Made by a program: the position numbers and the translations under genes
Part shown: positions 8,418 through 16,898 of the stretch, piece by piece
Layout: every line of letters starts with the position of its first letter
Position numbering within the stretch: position 1 is the stretch's first letter
Assembly (NCBI GenBank): GCA_965250005.1
Contig: OZ252279.1
Coordinates: 510,001 to 542,000, forward strand
Direction: 5' to 3'
From: Demequinaceae bacterium
GTDB taxonomy: Bacteria; Actinomycetota; Actinomycetes; Actinomycetales; Demequinaceae
DNA length: 32,000 bases
Notes under the pieces: generated by a model
Told to the model about the DNA's origin: nothing
Seen by the model: only the letters and a program-made list of their open reading frames with translations
Databases searched by the model: none

Positions 8418-9387
8418 CAGCCACCTCCAGGGCCGCTACCGCGTGCTCGCGCACGGCGTCAACCAGGACGGGGGGCGCGAGGACGCGTGCTGCGCCGGCG
8501 AGCGCAAGAACCTCATCGCGCAACGCGTCGGTGTCCGAATAGTCCACGTCGAAGACGTCCCACTCGCCCGCGTTCTCCCAGAACGCTGCCCGCCGTCGAA
8601 TCGCATGACCGGACTCGGCGCGCAAGCCGATTCGAGCAGTCAACGCCGGCACCGACTCCGCCAGTTGCGTCGCGGGCATGTCAGCCGGCGGGTCGAAAGC
8701 TGCGACGTCGCCGATCGCGGTGATCGCCCCCTCAATGCGGTTGGTCCGATAGGTGCGGGCCTCTTCCCTGTCGCGGTCCAGGCCAACCAGGTACAGGGCG
8801 CCCCCGCGTACAACCAGCCGCCACGGCTCGACCGTGCGCACGGCACGTCCGGACGCGGCAGACACGTACGTGAACGTCACTGCTTGGCGGTCCTGCATCG
8901 CCTGCGCAAGCGGAACTGCCGCGTCTGCGCTGTGAAGAGCGGTGGCGCCAAGCGCGAGAGATTCGACGTTGCCTCGCGCAGCCGAAGACGACACCTTTGT
9001 TAGCGCTCGCCGCGCCTCCGTGCCGAGCGCAGCGTTCTGCCAATAGTCAGCGGCGATCGCAAGCACGGCGCGCTCAGAAGCGGTGAACTCGACCGGCGGC
9101 ATCGCCGCCTCACCGGCGTCGATTACGTAGCCGATGTTGTCGCCGTGGGCCACGTCCGTGACCGTTCGAATAGGGATACCCATTTTGCGCAGGTCATCTT
9201 TGTCCCGCTCAAACATTCGCTCGAATGCGGCGTCGCGCTTCTTGGTCGCAGCATCGTCGTCACCGCGGTGCGGCTTGTCGTAACCGGAGACAGTTGAGCG
9301 GATCTGCGTCCTCGTCATACGCCCCCGGGCGTTGGACAGGGCGATGATGAGGTTGAGCAGCCGCTCGGACGCGTCAGCTGTGGACAC
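8410..9387 (-). CDS. pafB: HTH-WYL-WCX transcriptional regulator PafB
   Basis: 325 aa from GTG 9387 ([29 protein letters not shown] = HTH), with a WYL-type core (VEPWRLVVRGGALYLVG). The ORF-track extension to 9504 lies inside hisG and is rejected. The start overlaps the hisG stop as TAGTG. Confidence 0.8.
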   Translation of the reverse strand: MSTADASERLLNLIIALSNARGRMTRTQIRSTVSGYDKPHRGDDDAATKKRDAAFERMFERDKDDLRKMGIPIRTVTDVAHGDNIGYVIDAGEAAMPPVEFTASERAVLAIAADYWQNAALGTEARRALTKVSSSAARGNVESLALGATALHSADAAVPLAQAMQDRQAVTFTYVSAASGRAVRTVEPWRLVVRGGALYLVGLDRDREEARTYRTNRIEGAITAIGDVAAFDPPADMPATQLAESVPALTARIGLRAESGHAIRRRAAFWENAGEWDVFDVDYSDTDALRDEVLALAGAARVLAPPVLVDAVREHAVAALEVAGG

Positions 9388-10229
9388 TACAACCTGCAGG
9401 CGAGCAACTCGGTAACGATGATTGCGCGCGCACCCGCACCGTACAGCGCATCCATCACCTGGTTCATTTCTACGCGCGGCACCATGACGCGAACAGCAGA
9501 CCACTCCGATCCGTGCAGCGGCGTGACCGTGGGCGCCTCGAATCCGGGGGCGATCTTCACGGCTGCCTCTAGGTTCTCGGCGGGCACGTCGAAGTCCATC
9601 AAGATGTACTGCCGTGCCATGAGCACCCCGCGGAGGCGGCCGGTGAGCGTGGCGATGGCCTCGCCGGGAGTGTCCGGCCTGCGGATCAGCACCGCCTCAG
9701 ATTTGAGGATCGGATCTCCGAAGATATCTAGGCCCGCTGCACGCAGCGTGGTTCCAGTTGAGACCACGTCGGCCACAACGTCGGCGACGCCAAGCTGAAC
9801 GGAAGACTCCACGGCGCCGTCAAGTCGCACCACTTCAGCCTCGACGCCGAACGACGCCAGGTGATTGCGGACAAGCCGCGGGTACGACGTGGCGACGCGG
9901 CGTCCCGCGATGGCCTCCATCGAGTTCACCGTGTTCGGGGGCGCTGCGTACCGGAATGTTGATGCGCCAAAGCCAAGTTCGAGGTGCTCGACGGCCTCCG
10001 CTTCCGAATCGAGCAGCAGGTCGCGGCCGGTGATTCCTGCGTCGACCGTTCCCAGGCCCACGTAGACAGCAACGTCGCGGGGGCGGAGGAAGAAGAACTC
10101 GACATCGTTGCGCGCATCAATGAGAACGAGTTCGCGGCCCTCGTTGCGCTGCTTGTAGCCGGCCTCGCGGAGCAGCGCAGACGCGGGCTCGGAGAGCGAG
10201 CCCTTATTGGGTACGGCGATTCGGAGCAC
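9387..10229 (-). CDS. hisG: ATP phosphoribosyltransferase, long form
   Basis: 280 aa beginning [14 protein letters not shown], with a C-terminal regulatory domain. GTG start with AAGGA SD. Follows hisE. Confidence 0.93.
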   Translation of the reverse strand: MLRIAVPNKGSLSEPASALLREAGYKQRNEGRELVLIDARNDVEFFFLRPRDVAVYVGLGTVDAGITGRDLLLDSEAEAVEHLELGFGASTFRYAAPPNTVNSMEAIAGRRVATSYPRLVRNHLASFGVEAEVVRLDGAVESSVQLGVADVVADVVSTGTTLRAAGLDIFGDPILKSEAVLIRRPDTPGEAIATLTGRLRGVLMARQYILMDFDVPAENLEAAVKIAPGFEAPTVTPLHGSEWSAVRVMVPRVEMNQVMDALYGAGARAIIVTELLACRL

Positions 10230-10237
10230 GGTGGTCC

Positions 10238-10501
10238 TTACAGGTAGCGTTCGACGTCTTTGAGGGTGATGCCCTTAGCAATCATCATGACCTGGGCGTG
10301 ATAGAGCAGTTGCGAGATCTCTTCTGCGGTCTCGGCTTCCGACTGGTATTCGGCCGCCATCCACGCCTCGGCGGCCTCTTCCACGAGCTTCTTGCCAATC
10401 GCGTGCACGCCGCCGTCGAGGAGCGCGACAGTGGACGAACCCTCAGTGCGCGCCTCGGCCCGCTCCAAAAGCTCTGCGTACAACTCATCGAAGGTTTTCA
10501 C
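10238..10501 (-). CDS. hisE: Phosphoribosyl-ATP pyrophosphatase
   Basis: 87 aa MazG-like helical protein ([10 protein letters not shown]...EEAAEAWMA...[14 protein letters not shown]). GTG start without an SD. Confidence 0.9.
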   Translation of the reverse strand: MKTFDELYAELLERAEARTEGSSTVALLDGGVHAIGKKLVEEAAEAWMAAEYQSEAETAEEISQLLYHAQVMMIAKGITLKDVERYL

Positions 10502-10508
10502 GGGCCCC

Positions 10509-10514
10509 AGCCTA
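10509..10514 (-). promoter_or_regulatory. Candidate -10 box (TAGGCT) for a leaderless hisE
   Basis: TAGGCT-ggggccc-GTG: 7-nt spacer and no SD. Confidence 0.35.
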
Positions 10515-10543
10515 CGGGAGCAGCGGCCGTTTTCCCGCGCTAT

Positions 10544-11008
10544 CTAGAGGCCTTTGAGCGCATTGGCTGTGGTGATTGCCGCCTCGACGGCCTCGGCGCC
10601 CTTGCTCTCCTCGGAGCCCTCCAGCCCTGAACGGGCCATGGCTTGCTCGTCGTTGTCGCACGTCAGCACGCCAAAGCCTACGGCCACCTGATGTTCGCGT
10701 GAGACGGCGGTGAGTCCTGTGGTCACCGAATCGCACACGTAGTCGAAATGGGGTGTGCCTCCGCGAATCACGACGCCAAGCGCGACGATGGCGTCTGCGC
10801 CCTTCGCGGCCAGCGCCTGGGCAACTACGGTAAGCTCGAAAGCTCCTGGCACCCGCGTCACGCGATATTGCGCGCCCGCTCGCTCGCAGGCGGAGACCGC
10901 GGCGTTCACAAGCCCGTCCATCACTAGGGGGTGCCACTGCGACGCGACAATCTCAACCGTCAGGCCCGCGCCATCCGACGTAAGTGCCGGCGCTCCAGAA
11001 CCAGCCAC
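10544..11008 (-). CDS. ribH: 6,7-dimethyl-8-ribityllumazine synthase
   Basis: 154 aa with VPGAFELTVVAQALA and GTPHFDYV motifs. It is the last gene of the rib cluster. Confidence 0.93.
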   Translation of the reverse strand: MAGSGAPALTSDGAGLTVEIVASQWHPLVMDGLVNAAVSACERAGAQYRVTRVPGAFELTVVAQALAAKGADAIVALGVVIRGGTPHFDYVCDSVTTGLTAVSREHQVAVGFGVLTCDNDEQAMARSGLEGSEESKGAEAVEAAITTANALKGL

Positions 11009-12246
11009 TAATCCTCACCCAAAATGTGCCCCATACGCTCCACCTTAGTGCGCACGTAGTCACTGTTCTCGGGCGTAATCCCCACCACGTGTGGGACGCG
11101 CTCGGTGATCTCGATTCCGCTCGCGCGTAGGCCCTCGACCTTCGCCGGGTTATTGGTCAGCAGGCGCACGGACGTCAGTCCCAAGTCGTGCAATATCGCG
11201 GCTCCAGCGCCATACTCGCGGCGGTCAACCGCCACGCCGAGTTCCGAATTCGCGTCGACGGTATCGAGGCCCTGGTCTTGAAGCGCGTACGCCTGGATCT
11301 TCCGCAGGATGCCGATTCCCCGGCCCTCGTGTCCCGTGAGGTAGACGACGGCGCCGCCCTGCTCGTGGACCGCCTCGATCGCAGCGTCGAGTTGCGGCCC
11401 GCAGTCGCAACGCAGGGAGCCGAACGCATCGCCCGTGAGGCACTCGGAGTGCACCCGCACCAGTGGCACGGTGCCTTCTTTGGTGGGAGCCACCAGCGCA
11501 ATGTGTTCATCGCCCGTGCGCGCGTCGCGGTAGCCGCGCACCAGCATTTCGCCGTGGGGGGTGGGCAGCTCCGCCTCGCCCTCGAAAATCACGCGGTGCG
11601 ATTGTACGCCAATCGGCTCAGGGGTGTCACTGAGGTGACGTCGGTAGTCAATGATGTTTGCGATAGTCAAGAGAACGAGTCCTTCCGTGCGGGCCGTGGT
11701 GGCCGCATCGCCCTGGACCATGACAGTCCCGTCGTCGTTGACCATCTCTGCGATCACGCCTACGGGCTCAAGGCCCGCGAGCCTGCAGAGATCGACGGCG
11801 GCTTCGGTGTGTCCAGGTCGATGCAGTACACCTCCTGCAACAGCCCGCAGCGGCAGTACATGCCCCGGCCGGATGAATTCGCCAGGGGCGGAATCCGGCT
11901 TCGCAAGCAACTGCAGGGTGCGGTGGCGGTCCGCGGCGCTGATCCCGGTCGTGATGCCGGACGCGGCGTCGACCGAGACCGTGTACGCGGTTCTGCGCGG
12001 GTCCTGACTACTAGGGACCATGAGCGGCAGCTTGAGCGCATCCGCCTTGGGCCCGGTCATGGGGGCGCACAGGTAGCCGCTGGAATGCCGGATGCCCCAG
12101 GTGATCCACTCGACCGTGGCGCGCTCGGCAGACATGATGAAGTCTGCTTCGTTCTCACGGTTCTTGGAGTCCGCGACCAGGACGGGTTTGCCCGCGCGCA
12201 GGTCATCGAGCGCCAGCTCGACCAGCGCGATCGACTCGTCGCTCAT
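11008..12246 (-). CDS. ribBA: Bifunctional 3,4-dihydroxy-2-butanone-4-phosphate synthase / GTP cyclohydrolase II
   Basis: 412 aa. N-terminal DHBPS domain (RENEADFIMSAE, GHTEAAVDL) and C-terminal GCH-II domain (HSECLTGDAFGSLRCDCGPQL zinc site). Confidence 0.95.
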   Translation of the reverse strand: MSDESIALVELALDDLRAGKPVLVADSKNRENEADFIMSAERATVEWITWGIRHSSGYLCAPMTGPKADALKLPLMVPSSQDPRRTAYTVSVDAASGITTGISAADRHRTLQLLAKPDSAPGEFIRPGHVLPLRAVAGGVLHRPGHTEAAVDLCRLAGLEPVGVIAEMVNDDGTVMVQGDAATTARTEGLVLLTIANIIDYRRHLSDTPEPIGVQSHRVIFEGEAELPTPHGEMLVRGYRDARTGDEHIALVAPTKEGTVPLVRVHSECLTGDAFGSLRCDCGPQLDAAIEAVHEQGGAVVYLTGHEGRGIGILRKIQAYALQDQGLDTVDANSELGVAVDRREYGAGAAILHDLGLTSVRLLTNNPAKVEGLRASGIEITERVPHVVGITPENSDYVRTKVERMGHILGED

Positions 12247-12836
12247 GCGCGATCTCCAAGCATCTTCTCGACATATTTCGCGAGCACGTCAACCTCAACG
12301 TTGACAACGTCTCCCACCGCGAGGTCACCTAGGTTGGTGTCGGTGAGCGTCGTGGGGATCAGTGACACGGTCACGAGCCTTCCGTCTATGTTCGCGACGG
12401 TCAGAGACACGCCATTGAGCGAGATAGAGCCGTGCTGAACCACGTACCGTGCAAGGTCATGGGGCAGGTCAAAAATGACGTCGTCCCAATCAGGCTGTGA
12501 GTCGCGTGAGGCAACAGTGGCGGTGCCGTCCGCGTGGCCCTGAACCAGGTGACCTCCCAATCGGCCATCGGCGCGCATCGCGCGTTCGAGGTTCACTCGG
12601 TCCCCCACCTTCACCTTGCTTAAGGCAGTCTTGTTGATTGTCACCTTCATCACGTCGGCAACCCACTGCGCGCCCGACTGCTTGGCGACCGTGAGGCACA
12701 CGCCGTTCACCGATACCGACTCGCCGTGCTCCAGCGCATCTGTGAATGCGGAAGCGTCAATGCTGAGTTGAGTCTGCGCGCCGGATGGAGCAATCGCGGT
12801 GACCGTGCCGACCGTCTCAACAATTCCTGTGAACAT
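12243..12836 (-). CDS. ribE: Riboflavin synthase (alpha chain)
   Basis: 197 aa beginning MFTGIVE, with two internal lumazine-binding repeats (SVSVNGVCLTV / SISLNGVSLTV). Confidence 0.93.
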   Translation of the reverse strand: MFTGIVETVGTVTAIAPSGAQTQLSIDASAFTDALEHGESVSVNGVCLTVAKQSGAQWVADVMKVTINKTALSKVKVGDRVNLERAMRADGRLGGHLVQGHADGTATVASRDSQPDWDDVIFDLPHDLARYVVQHGSISLNGVSLTVANIDGRLVTVSLIPTTLTDTNLGDLAVGDVVNVEVDVLAKYVEKMLGDRA

Positions 12837-12839
12837 CGC

Positions 12840-13829
12840 CTAACCCTTCTTGGGCGGGGTGCCCACGATGAGCGTATCCGCGCCCAATTTGGTCTGCGTC
12901 ACGCCCTCTAGCCTCAACGCATCGGCCATGGTCGCGATTCCAATGTCCCCTACGGCGGACGCCCCCGAACCCAGGATCACGGGTGCGACGTACGCGTGCA
13001 CCTCGTCCACCAGGCCCGCGCGCAAGAATGCCGTGGTTATGGTCGCGCCGCCCTCAACAATCGCCACGCGGACGTCGCCTTCCGCTAGCGCGGCAAGGAC
13101 CGCGGCCGGGTCGTGGGTCTTCTGGTACACGACCGCGCCAGCGTCGCTCGCGTCGGTCAGTTCGGTTTCACGCAAGCCCATCACCACACGCAGTGGCTGG
13201 TGTTCGGCGGTCATGCCGCCCGGACGTGCGGAGAGGACTGGTTCGTCTGCGAGCACGGTTCCTGTCCCCACGATGATCGCGTCCGCGTCTGCCCGTTCGG
13301 CGTGCGCGTGTTCCCTTGCATCCTCGCCCGTGACCCAGAAGCTGCTGCCGTCTGCGGCGGAGGTTCTTCCGTCGAGCGTCACCGCGAACTTGGCAATCAC
13401 GAAGGGCCGCTGCATGGTGATCGCGGCAACCCAACGTCGGTTGACGGATTCAGCGCCGGTCGCGGGCGCGTACGTGACATCAATGCCGCCGGACTCGAGG
13501 ACGCGCGCGCCTCCTCCGCTCTGGGTGCCCGGATCAACGACCGCGTAAACCACTCTGGCTACCTGAGCTGCGGCGAGAGCTTCCGTACACGGCCCCGTCC
13601 GACCCGTATGCGAACACGGCTCAAGCGTCACGTGCGCCGTCGCGCCGACGATGGAACGTCCTGCCTCGCGCGCGTTTTCAATCGCGTCGACTTCAGCATG
13701 CCGAGTGCCAGCACCGCGGTGGAATCCCTCTGCCAACACAACACCGTCTTTGTCCGTAATGAGGCAGCCGACGCGGGGGTTCGGGCCGTAGGCCGGGCCA
13801 AAGAGCGCGAGAAGCACAGCGCGGTCCAT
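12840..13829 (-). CDS. ribD: Bifunctional riboflavin deaminase/reductase RibD
   Basis: 329 aa. Deaminase zinc motifs HAEV and PCSHTGRTGPC, plus a C-terminal reductase domain. Confidence 0.93.
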   Translation of the reverse strand: MDRAVLLALFGPAYGPNPRVGCLITDKDGVVLAEGFHRGAGTRHAEVDAIENAREAGRSIVGATAHVTLEPCSHTGRTGPCTEALAAAQVARVVYAVVDPGTQSGGGARVLESGGIDVTYAPATGAESVNRRWVAAITMQRPFVIAKFAVTLDGRTSAADGSSFWVTGEDAREHAHAERADADAIIVGTGTVLADEPVLSARPGGMTAEHQPLRVVMGLRETELTDASDAGAVVYQKTHDPAAVLAALAEGDVRVAIVEGGATITTAFLRAGLVDEVHAYVAPVILGSGASAVGDIGIATMADALRLEGVTQTKLGADTLIVGTPPKKG

Positions 13830-13875
13830 GGCCTCGGCATCGCTGAGTTTCTCCGCAGTAGGAACTGCATCGTCG

Positions 13876-14541
13876 CTAGTGATGGTGTGCTCCCTCGGCG
13901 AGGGCCCGCAACGCGTCTACCTCGGCGTTCGGATTGTCGGTGCCGTAGACCGCGCTGCCCGCCACGAAGGTATCGGCGCCCGCGTCGGCGAGAACCTCGA
14001 TCGTCTTGCGCGACACACCGCCATCAACCTGGATCCAAAACTCCGTTCCCGTGTCCCTGGCCGCCTTGCGCAGCGCCCGAAACTTGGGAATCATCCCTTC
14101 CATAAACTGCTGCCCGCCGAAGCCGGGCTCAACGGTCATGACGAGCACCATGTCGAATTCGCTCAGGTACTCCGTCAAGGGCTCGACCGGCGTTCCCGGC
14201 TTGATGGCGACGCCGGCCCTCGCGCCCACTGCTCGAAGCTCACGCGCAAGCCGAACGGGATTCGCTGCGGCCTCGATGTGAAACGTGACTGAGTCCGCGC
14301 CCGCCTCGGCGTACTGCGGAGCCCAGCGATCAGGATCCTCGATCATGAGGTGGGCGTCGATGGGCAACGCGGAAACCTGCGCAATTCGCTCCAGGACGGG
14401 CAGGCCGAGCGTGAGGTTGGGGACAAAGTGTCCGTCCATCACGTCGACGTGGAGCCAATCGGCCTTACTCACGGACGCGATATCTCGTTCGAGGTTGGCG
14501 AAGTCGGCGGCAAGGATGCTCGGGGCGATACGGATTCCCAT
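13876..14541 (-). CDS. rpe: Ribulose-phosphate 3-epimerase
   Basis: 221 aa with [12 protein letters not shown] and [13 protein letters not shown] motifs. Confidence 0.95.
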   Translation of the reverse strand: MGIRIAPSILAADFANLERDIASVSKADWLHVDVMDGHFVPNLTLGLPVLERIAQVSALPIDAHLMIEDPDRWAPQYAEAGADSVTFHIEAAANPVRLARELRAVGARAGVAIKPGTPVEPLTEYLSEFDMVLVMTVEPGFGGQQFMEGMIPKFRALRKAARDTGTEFWIQVDGGVSRKTIEVLADAGADTFVAGSAVYGTDNPNAEVDALRALAEGAHHH

Positions 14542-14547
14542 AGGCCG

Positions 14548-14553
14548 AGCCTA
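14548..14553 (-). promoter_or_regulatory. Candidate -10 box (TAGGCT) for a leaderless rpe, built on the rsmB stop codon
   Basis: TAGGCT-cggcct-ATG: 6-nt spacer and no SD. Confidence 0.35.
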
Positions 14554-15939
14554 CTGCGCGTCAGGCGTAGCGCTGGGGCGTCTGATAAGCGCCATGAACA
14601 TCGCGTCCGTGCCGTGCGCGTGCGGCCACATCTGGACATACGGGCCGACCCCCCAGTCGTGACCGCCGGGACGCGCAGCCGCCCTCAGAGCGGAGCGCGC
14701 ATCCAGCACTTCGGTCCTCGTCGGCCCTAGTTCAAGCACGACCGAGTCCACCAACTGGACTGTTTCTGCCAGCACCGGAGAGCAGGTCACGTACGCCACC
14801 ACTCCCCCGGGCCTAACCGCCAGCATGGCCTTCCTAAGCAGCGACGCCTGCAACTCCGTCAGGTGCGCCAGGTCTTGCTCCGAACGCCTCCAACGTGCCT
14901 CTGGGCGCCGCCTAAGGGCACCCAGGCCGGTGCATGGTGCGTCGACGAGCACGCGGTCGTAGCCGTCCTGTGCCCACCTTCGCGCGTCCGTTACGTGGAC
15001 GGAGACAACGCCGTCGGGGATCGCGCGAGCGGCCTTGCGGACCAAGGCGGCGCGGTGCTCGTGAAGTTCGAGCGCGTCGACCGTGGCGCCCCGCTGAGCG
15101 GCAAGTGCGCCCAGGAGCGAAGCCTTGCCCCCGGGCCCCGAACACATGTCGAGCCAGCGTTCACCATCAGCCGACGGCTCCAGGTGGGCCGCGGCCAACG
15201 CGAGTGCGACCAGTTGGCTGCCCTCGTCCTGCACCGCGACCAGCCCGGACTGGAAGCCCGGCACTCGCGACGGATCGCCGCCGCCGAGCGTGCTCGCGGT
15301 CGGGGCGAGAGCCGTGGCGGTCGCGTTGGAATCGGCAAGAATGTCTTGGTCGGCGAGACCTGGCCGGATCACCAGAGTCACGGCCGACGGTTCATTGTTG
15401 GCGTCGAGCGCAGCCTCGAGCTCGCCCTGGCGCCCATGGTGAGACAGGCTCTCCCCGATCTCGCGCGCAACCCAGGCGGGATGCGAATACTTCAACGCGA
15501 CAGATTCAGGCGTGGCCTCGCCCGCCACTCTCGTGAGCCACTCGTCGCGCGTGCGCTCGCTGACTCTGCGCATTACCGCGTTCACAAAACCCGCTCCCCG
15601 GGGCGCGACCAGCTTGGCCAGTGCGACGGTCTCAGAGACCGCGGCGTGCGCGGCGACACGCATCGCGAGCGACTGGTGGGCGCCAAGCGCCAGGACGCGC
15701 CGTGCCTGCGGATCGATCTTCTTGATAGGGCGGCCCGACGCATCGGCGATGATGGCCTCGTAAAGGCCGCGCATGCGCAGCGCCCCGTAGCCAAGTTCCG
15801 TTGCGAACGCTGCGTCGCGGCTGACGAGCTTTTTGCTCGCGATGATCTCTGGCAGAGTCAGGTTCGCGTACGCATCGTCCGTGTCGACGGCGGTCAGCAG
15901 TTCGTATGCGGCCATCCGCGCCGCGGAGCCCGCGCTCAT
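14551..15939 (-). CDS. rsmB: 16S rRNA (cytosine-C5) methyltransferase RsmB/Sun/Fmu
   Basis: 462 aa with an N-terminal NusB-like domain and a SAM methyltransferase domain carrying catalytic-Cys motifs DAPCTGLGALRR and YVTCS. Conserved fmt-fmu pairing, with an ATGA overlap with fmt. Confidence 0.88.
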   Translation of the reverse strand: MSAGSAARMAAYELLTAVDTDDAYANLTLPEIIASKKLVSRDAAFATELGYGALRMRGLYEAIIADASGRPIKKIDPQARRVLALGAHQSLAMRVAAHAAVSETVALAKLVAPRGAGFVNAVMRRVSERTRDEWLTRVAGEATPESVALKYSHPAWVAREIGESLSHHGRQGELEAALDANNEPSAVTLVIRPGLADQDILADSNATATALAPTASTLGGGDPSRVPGFQSGLVAVQDEGSQLVALALAAAHLEPSADGERWLDMCSGPGGKASLLGALAAQRGATVDALELHEHRAALVRKAARAIPDGVVSVHVTDARRWAQDGYDRVLVDAPCTGLGALRRRPEARWRRSEQDLAHLTELQASLLRKAMLAVRPGGVVAYVTCSPVLAETVQLVDSVVLELGPTRTEVLDARSALRAAARPGGHDWGVGPYVQMWPHAHGTDAMFMALIRRPSATPDAQ

Positions 15940-16871
15940 GCCTCACCCAACTGATCCTCAGCGCCTACGCGCGCTCCACGCCACCAGTCGGCGCCGTCCA
16001 TGGGCTTCTTGCCCGCCGGTGCAATCCACGAGAGCGCAACCGGGTGACTTCCCGTGCTGACGAGCACCGCGCCGTCGTGCTCGCGTACCGTGCCGGGAGC
16101 GCCCCCGGCCGAGCCCTCGCTCACCGTCACGGGGCCGAGCTTTGCGACCGTGCCGTCCGGGAGCGTGGTCCATGCGCCGGGTGCCGGGGTGCATCCTCGT
16201 ACCTGGCGATCAATCACGTGCGCGGGCATGTCCCAACGGATGTAGGCGTCCTCGCGAGATAGTTTGGCCGCGTGGCTCGCGCCGTCGTCCGACTGTTGCC
16301 GCGGGGAGGCCGTGCCGTCGTCGAGCGCCCCCATGGTGTGGACCATGAGCGGCGCACCTGCCGCCGCCAGCCTCGCGAGCAGCTCGCCCGTCGTGTCCGC
16401 GGATTCGATTGGCTCCGTCAGGGTCCCGACTACGGGGCCCGTATCGAGCCCTTCCTCAATCAGGAAAGTGGTGGCGCCAGTCATCTGATCCCCGGCCATG
16501 ATGGCGCGCTGAACGGGCGCCGCGCCACGCCACGCGGGAAGAAGTGAGAAGTGCAGGTTTACCCAACCGTGCTTAACGGTTGCGATCAGGGCAGGCGGGA
16601 GGATCTTGCCGTACGCGACCACGGCAGCGGCGTCACACGCGAGTGACGCAACGTGGTCAATTAGCTGCTCGTCCCGCGCGCTCGCAGGGGTCATAACGCT
16701 GAGCCCGTGTTCGAGCGCGTACTCCTTGACGGAGCTAGGGTGCAGTGTTGAGCCGCGCCTGCCGCGCGCGTCAGGCTGCGTTAGCACCAGCGGAATTTCG
16801 TGCCCGGCGGCCAACAGCCCGGCAAGCGTGGGCACGGCAATGTCCGGAGTACCGGCGAAGACTAGACGCAT
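15936..16871 (-). CDS. fmt: Methionyl-tRNA formyltransferase
   Basis: 311 aa beginning MRLVFAGTPD, with NLHFSLLPAWRGAAPVQRAI (SLLP motif). Confidence 0.95.
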   Translation of the reverse strand: MRLVFAGTPDIAVPTLAGLLAAGHEIPLVLTQPDARGRRGSTLHPSSVKEYALEHGLSVMTPASARDEQLIDHVASLACDAAAVVAYGKILPPALIATVKHGWVNLHFSLLPAWRGAAPVQRAIMAGDQMTGATTFLIEEGLDTGPVVGTLTEPIESADTTGELLARLAAAGAPLMVHTMGALDDGTASPRQQSDDGASHAAKLSREDAYIRWDMPAHVIDRQVRGCTPAPGAWTTLPDGTVAKLGPVTVSEGSAGGAPGTVREHDGAVLVSTGSHPVALSWIAPAGKKPMDGADWWRGARVGAEDQLGEA

Positions 16872-16877
16872 GGGTCT

Positions 16878-16883
16878 ATCGTA
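16878..16883 (-). promoter_or_regulatory. Candidate -10 box (TACGAT) for a leaderless fmt
   Basis: TACGAT-agaccc-ATG: 6-nt spacer and no SD. Confidence 0.35.
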
Positions 16884-16898
16884 GGCGCGCGAGGCGCG

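Noticed and set aside
7470-8723. A 417-aa ORF on the + strand spanning pafC/pafB
   Set aside because: It is antisense to two well-supported genes. The product is Arg/Pro/Ala/Gly-rich and low-complexity with no recognisable motif. This is the typical mirror-frame ORF of high-GC DNA.
9388-9504. N-terminal extension of the pafB ORF into hisG
   Set aside because: It overlaps the hisG 3' end out of frame. The HTH begins right after GTG 9387, which abuts the hisG stop.
12338-12345. TGTCGGTG, the upstream half of the RecA-independent (PafBC-type) DNA-damage promoter motif. A second copy lies on the - strand at 19820..19827
   Set aside because: Both are inside coding sequence (ribE antisense; metK sense). 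Neither is followed by TANNNT after the expected 8-nt spacer (GGGGAT and CCAGCA instead).
11188-12438. A 416-aa + strand ORF. Similar long + strand ORFs lie at 1290..2441, 5664..6743, 13113..14105, 14863..15954, 26788..27846 and 28158..29195
   Set aside because: All lie fully antisense to strongly recognisable housekeeping genes (ribBA, lnt, the lipid kinase/tatC, ribD/rpe, rsmB, carA, pyrC). They lack SDs and domains and have the Arg-rich composition expected from reading GC-rich codons backwards.
13830-13875. FMN riboswitch upstream of ribD
   Set aside because: The spacer is only 46 nt and has no RFN-like conserved helices. That is too short for the aptamer.
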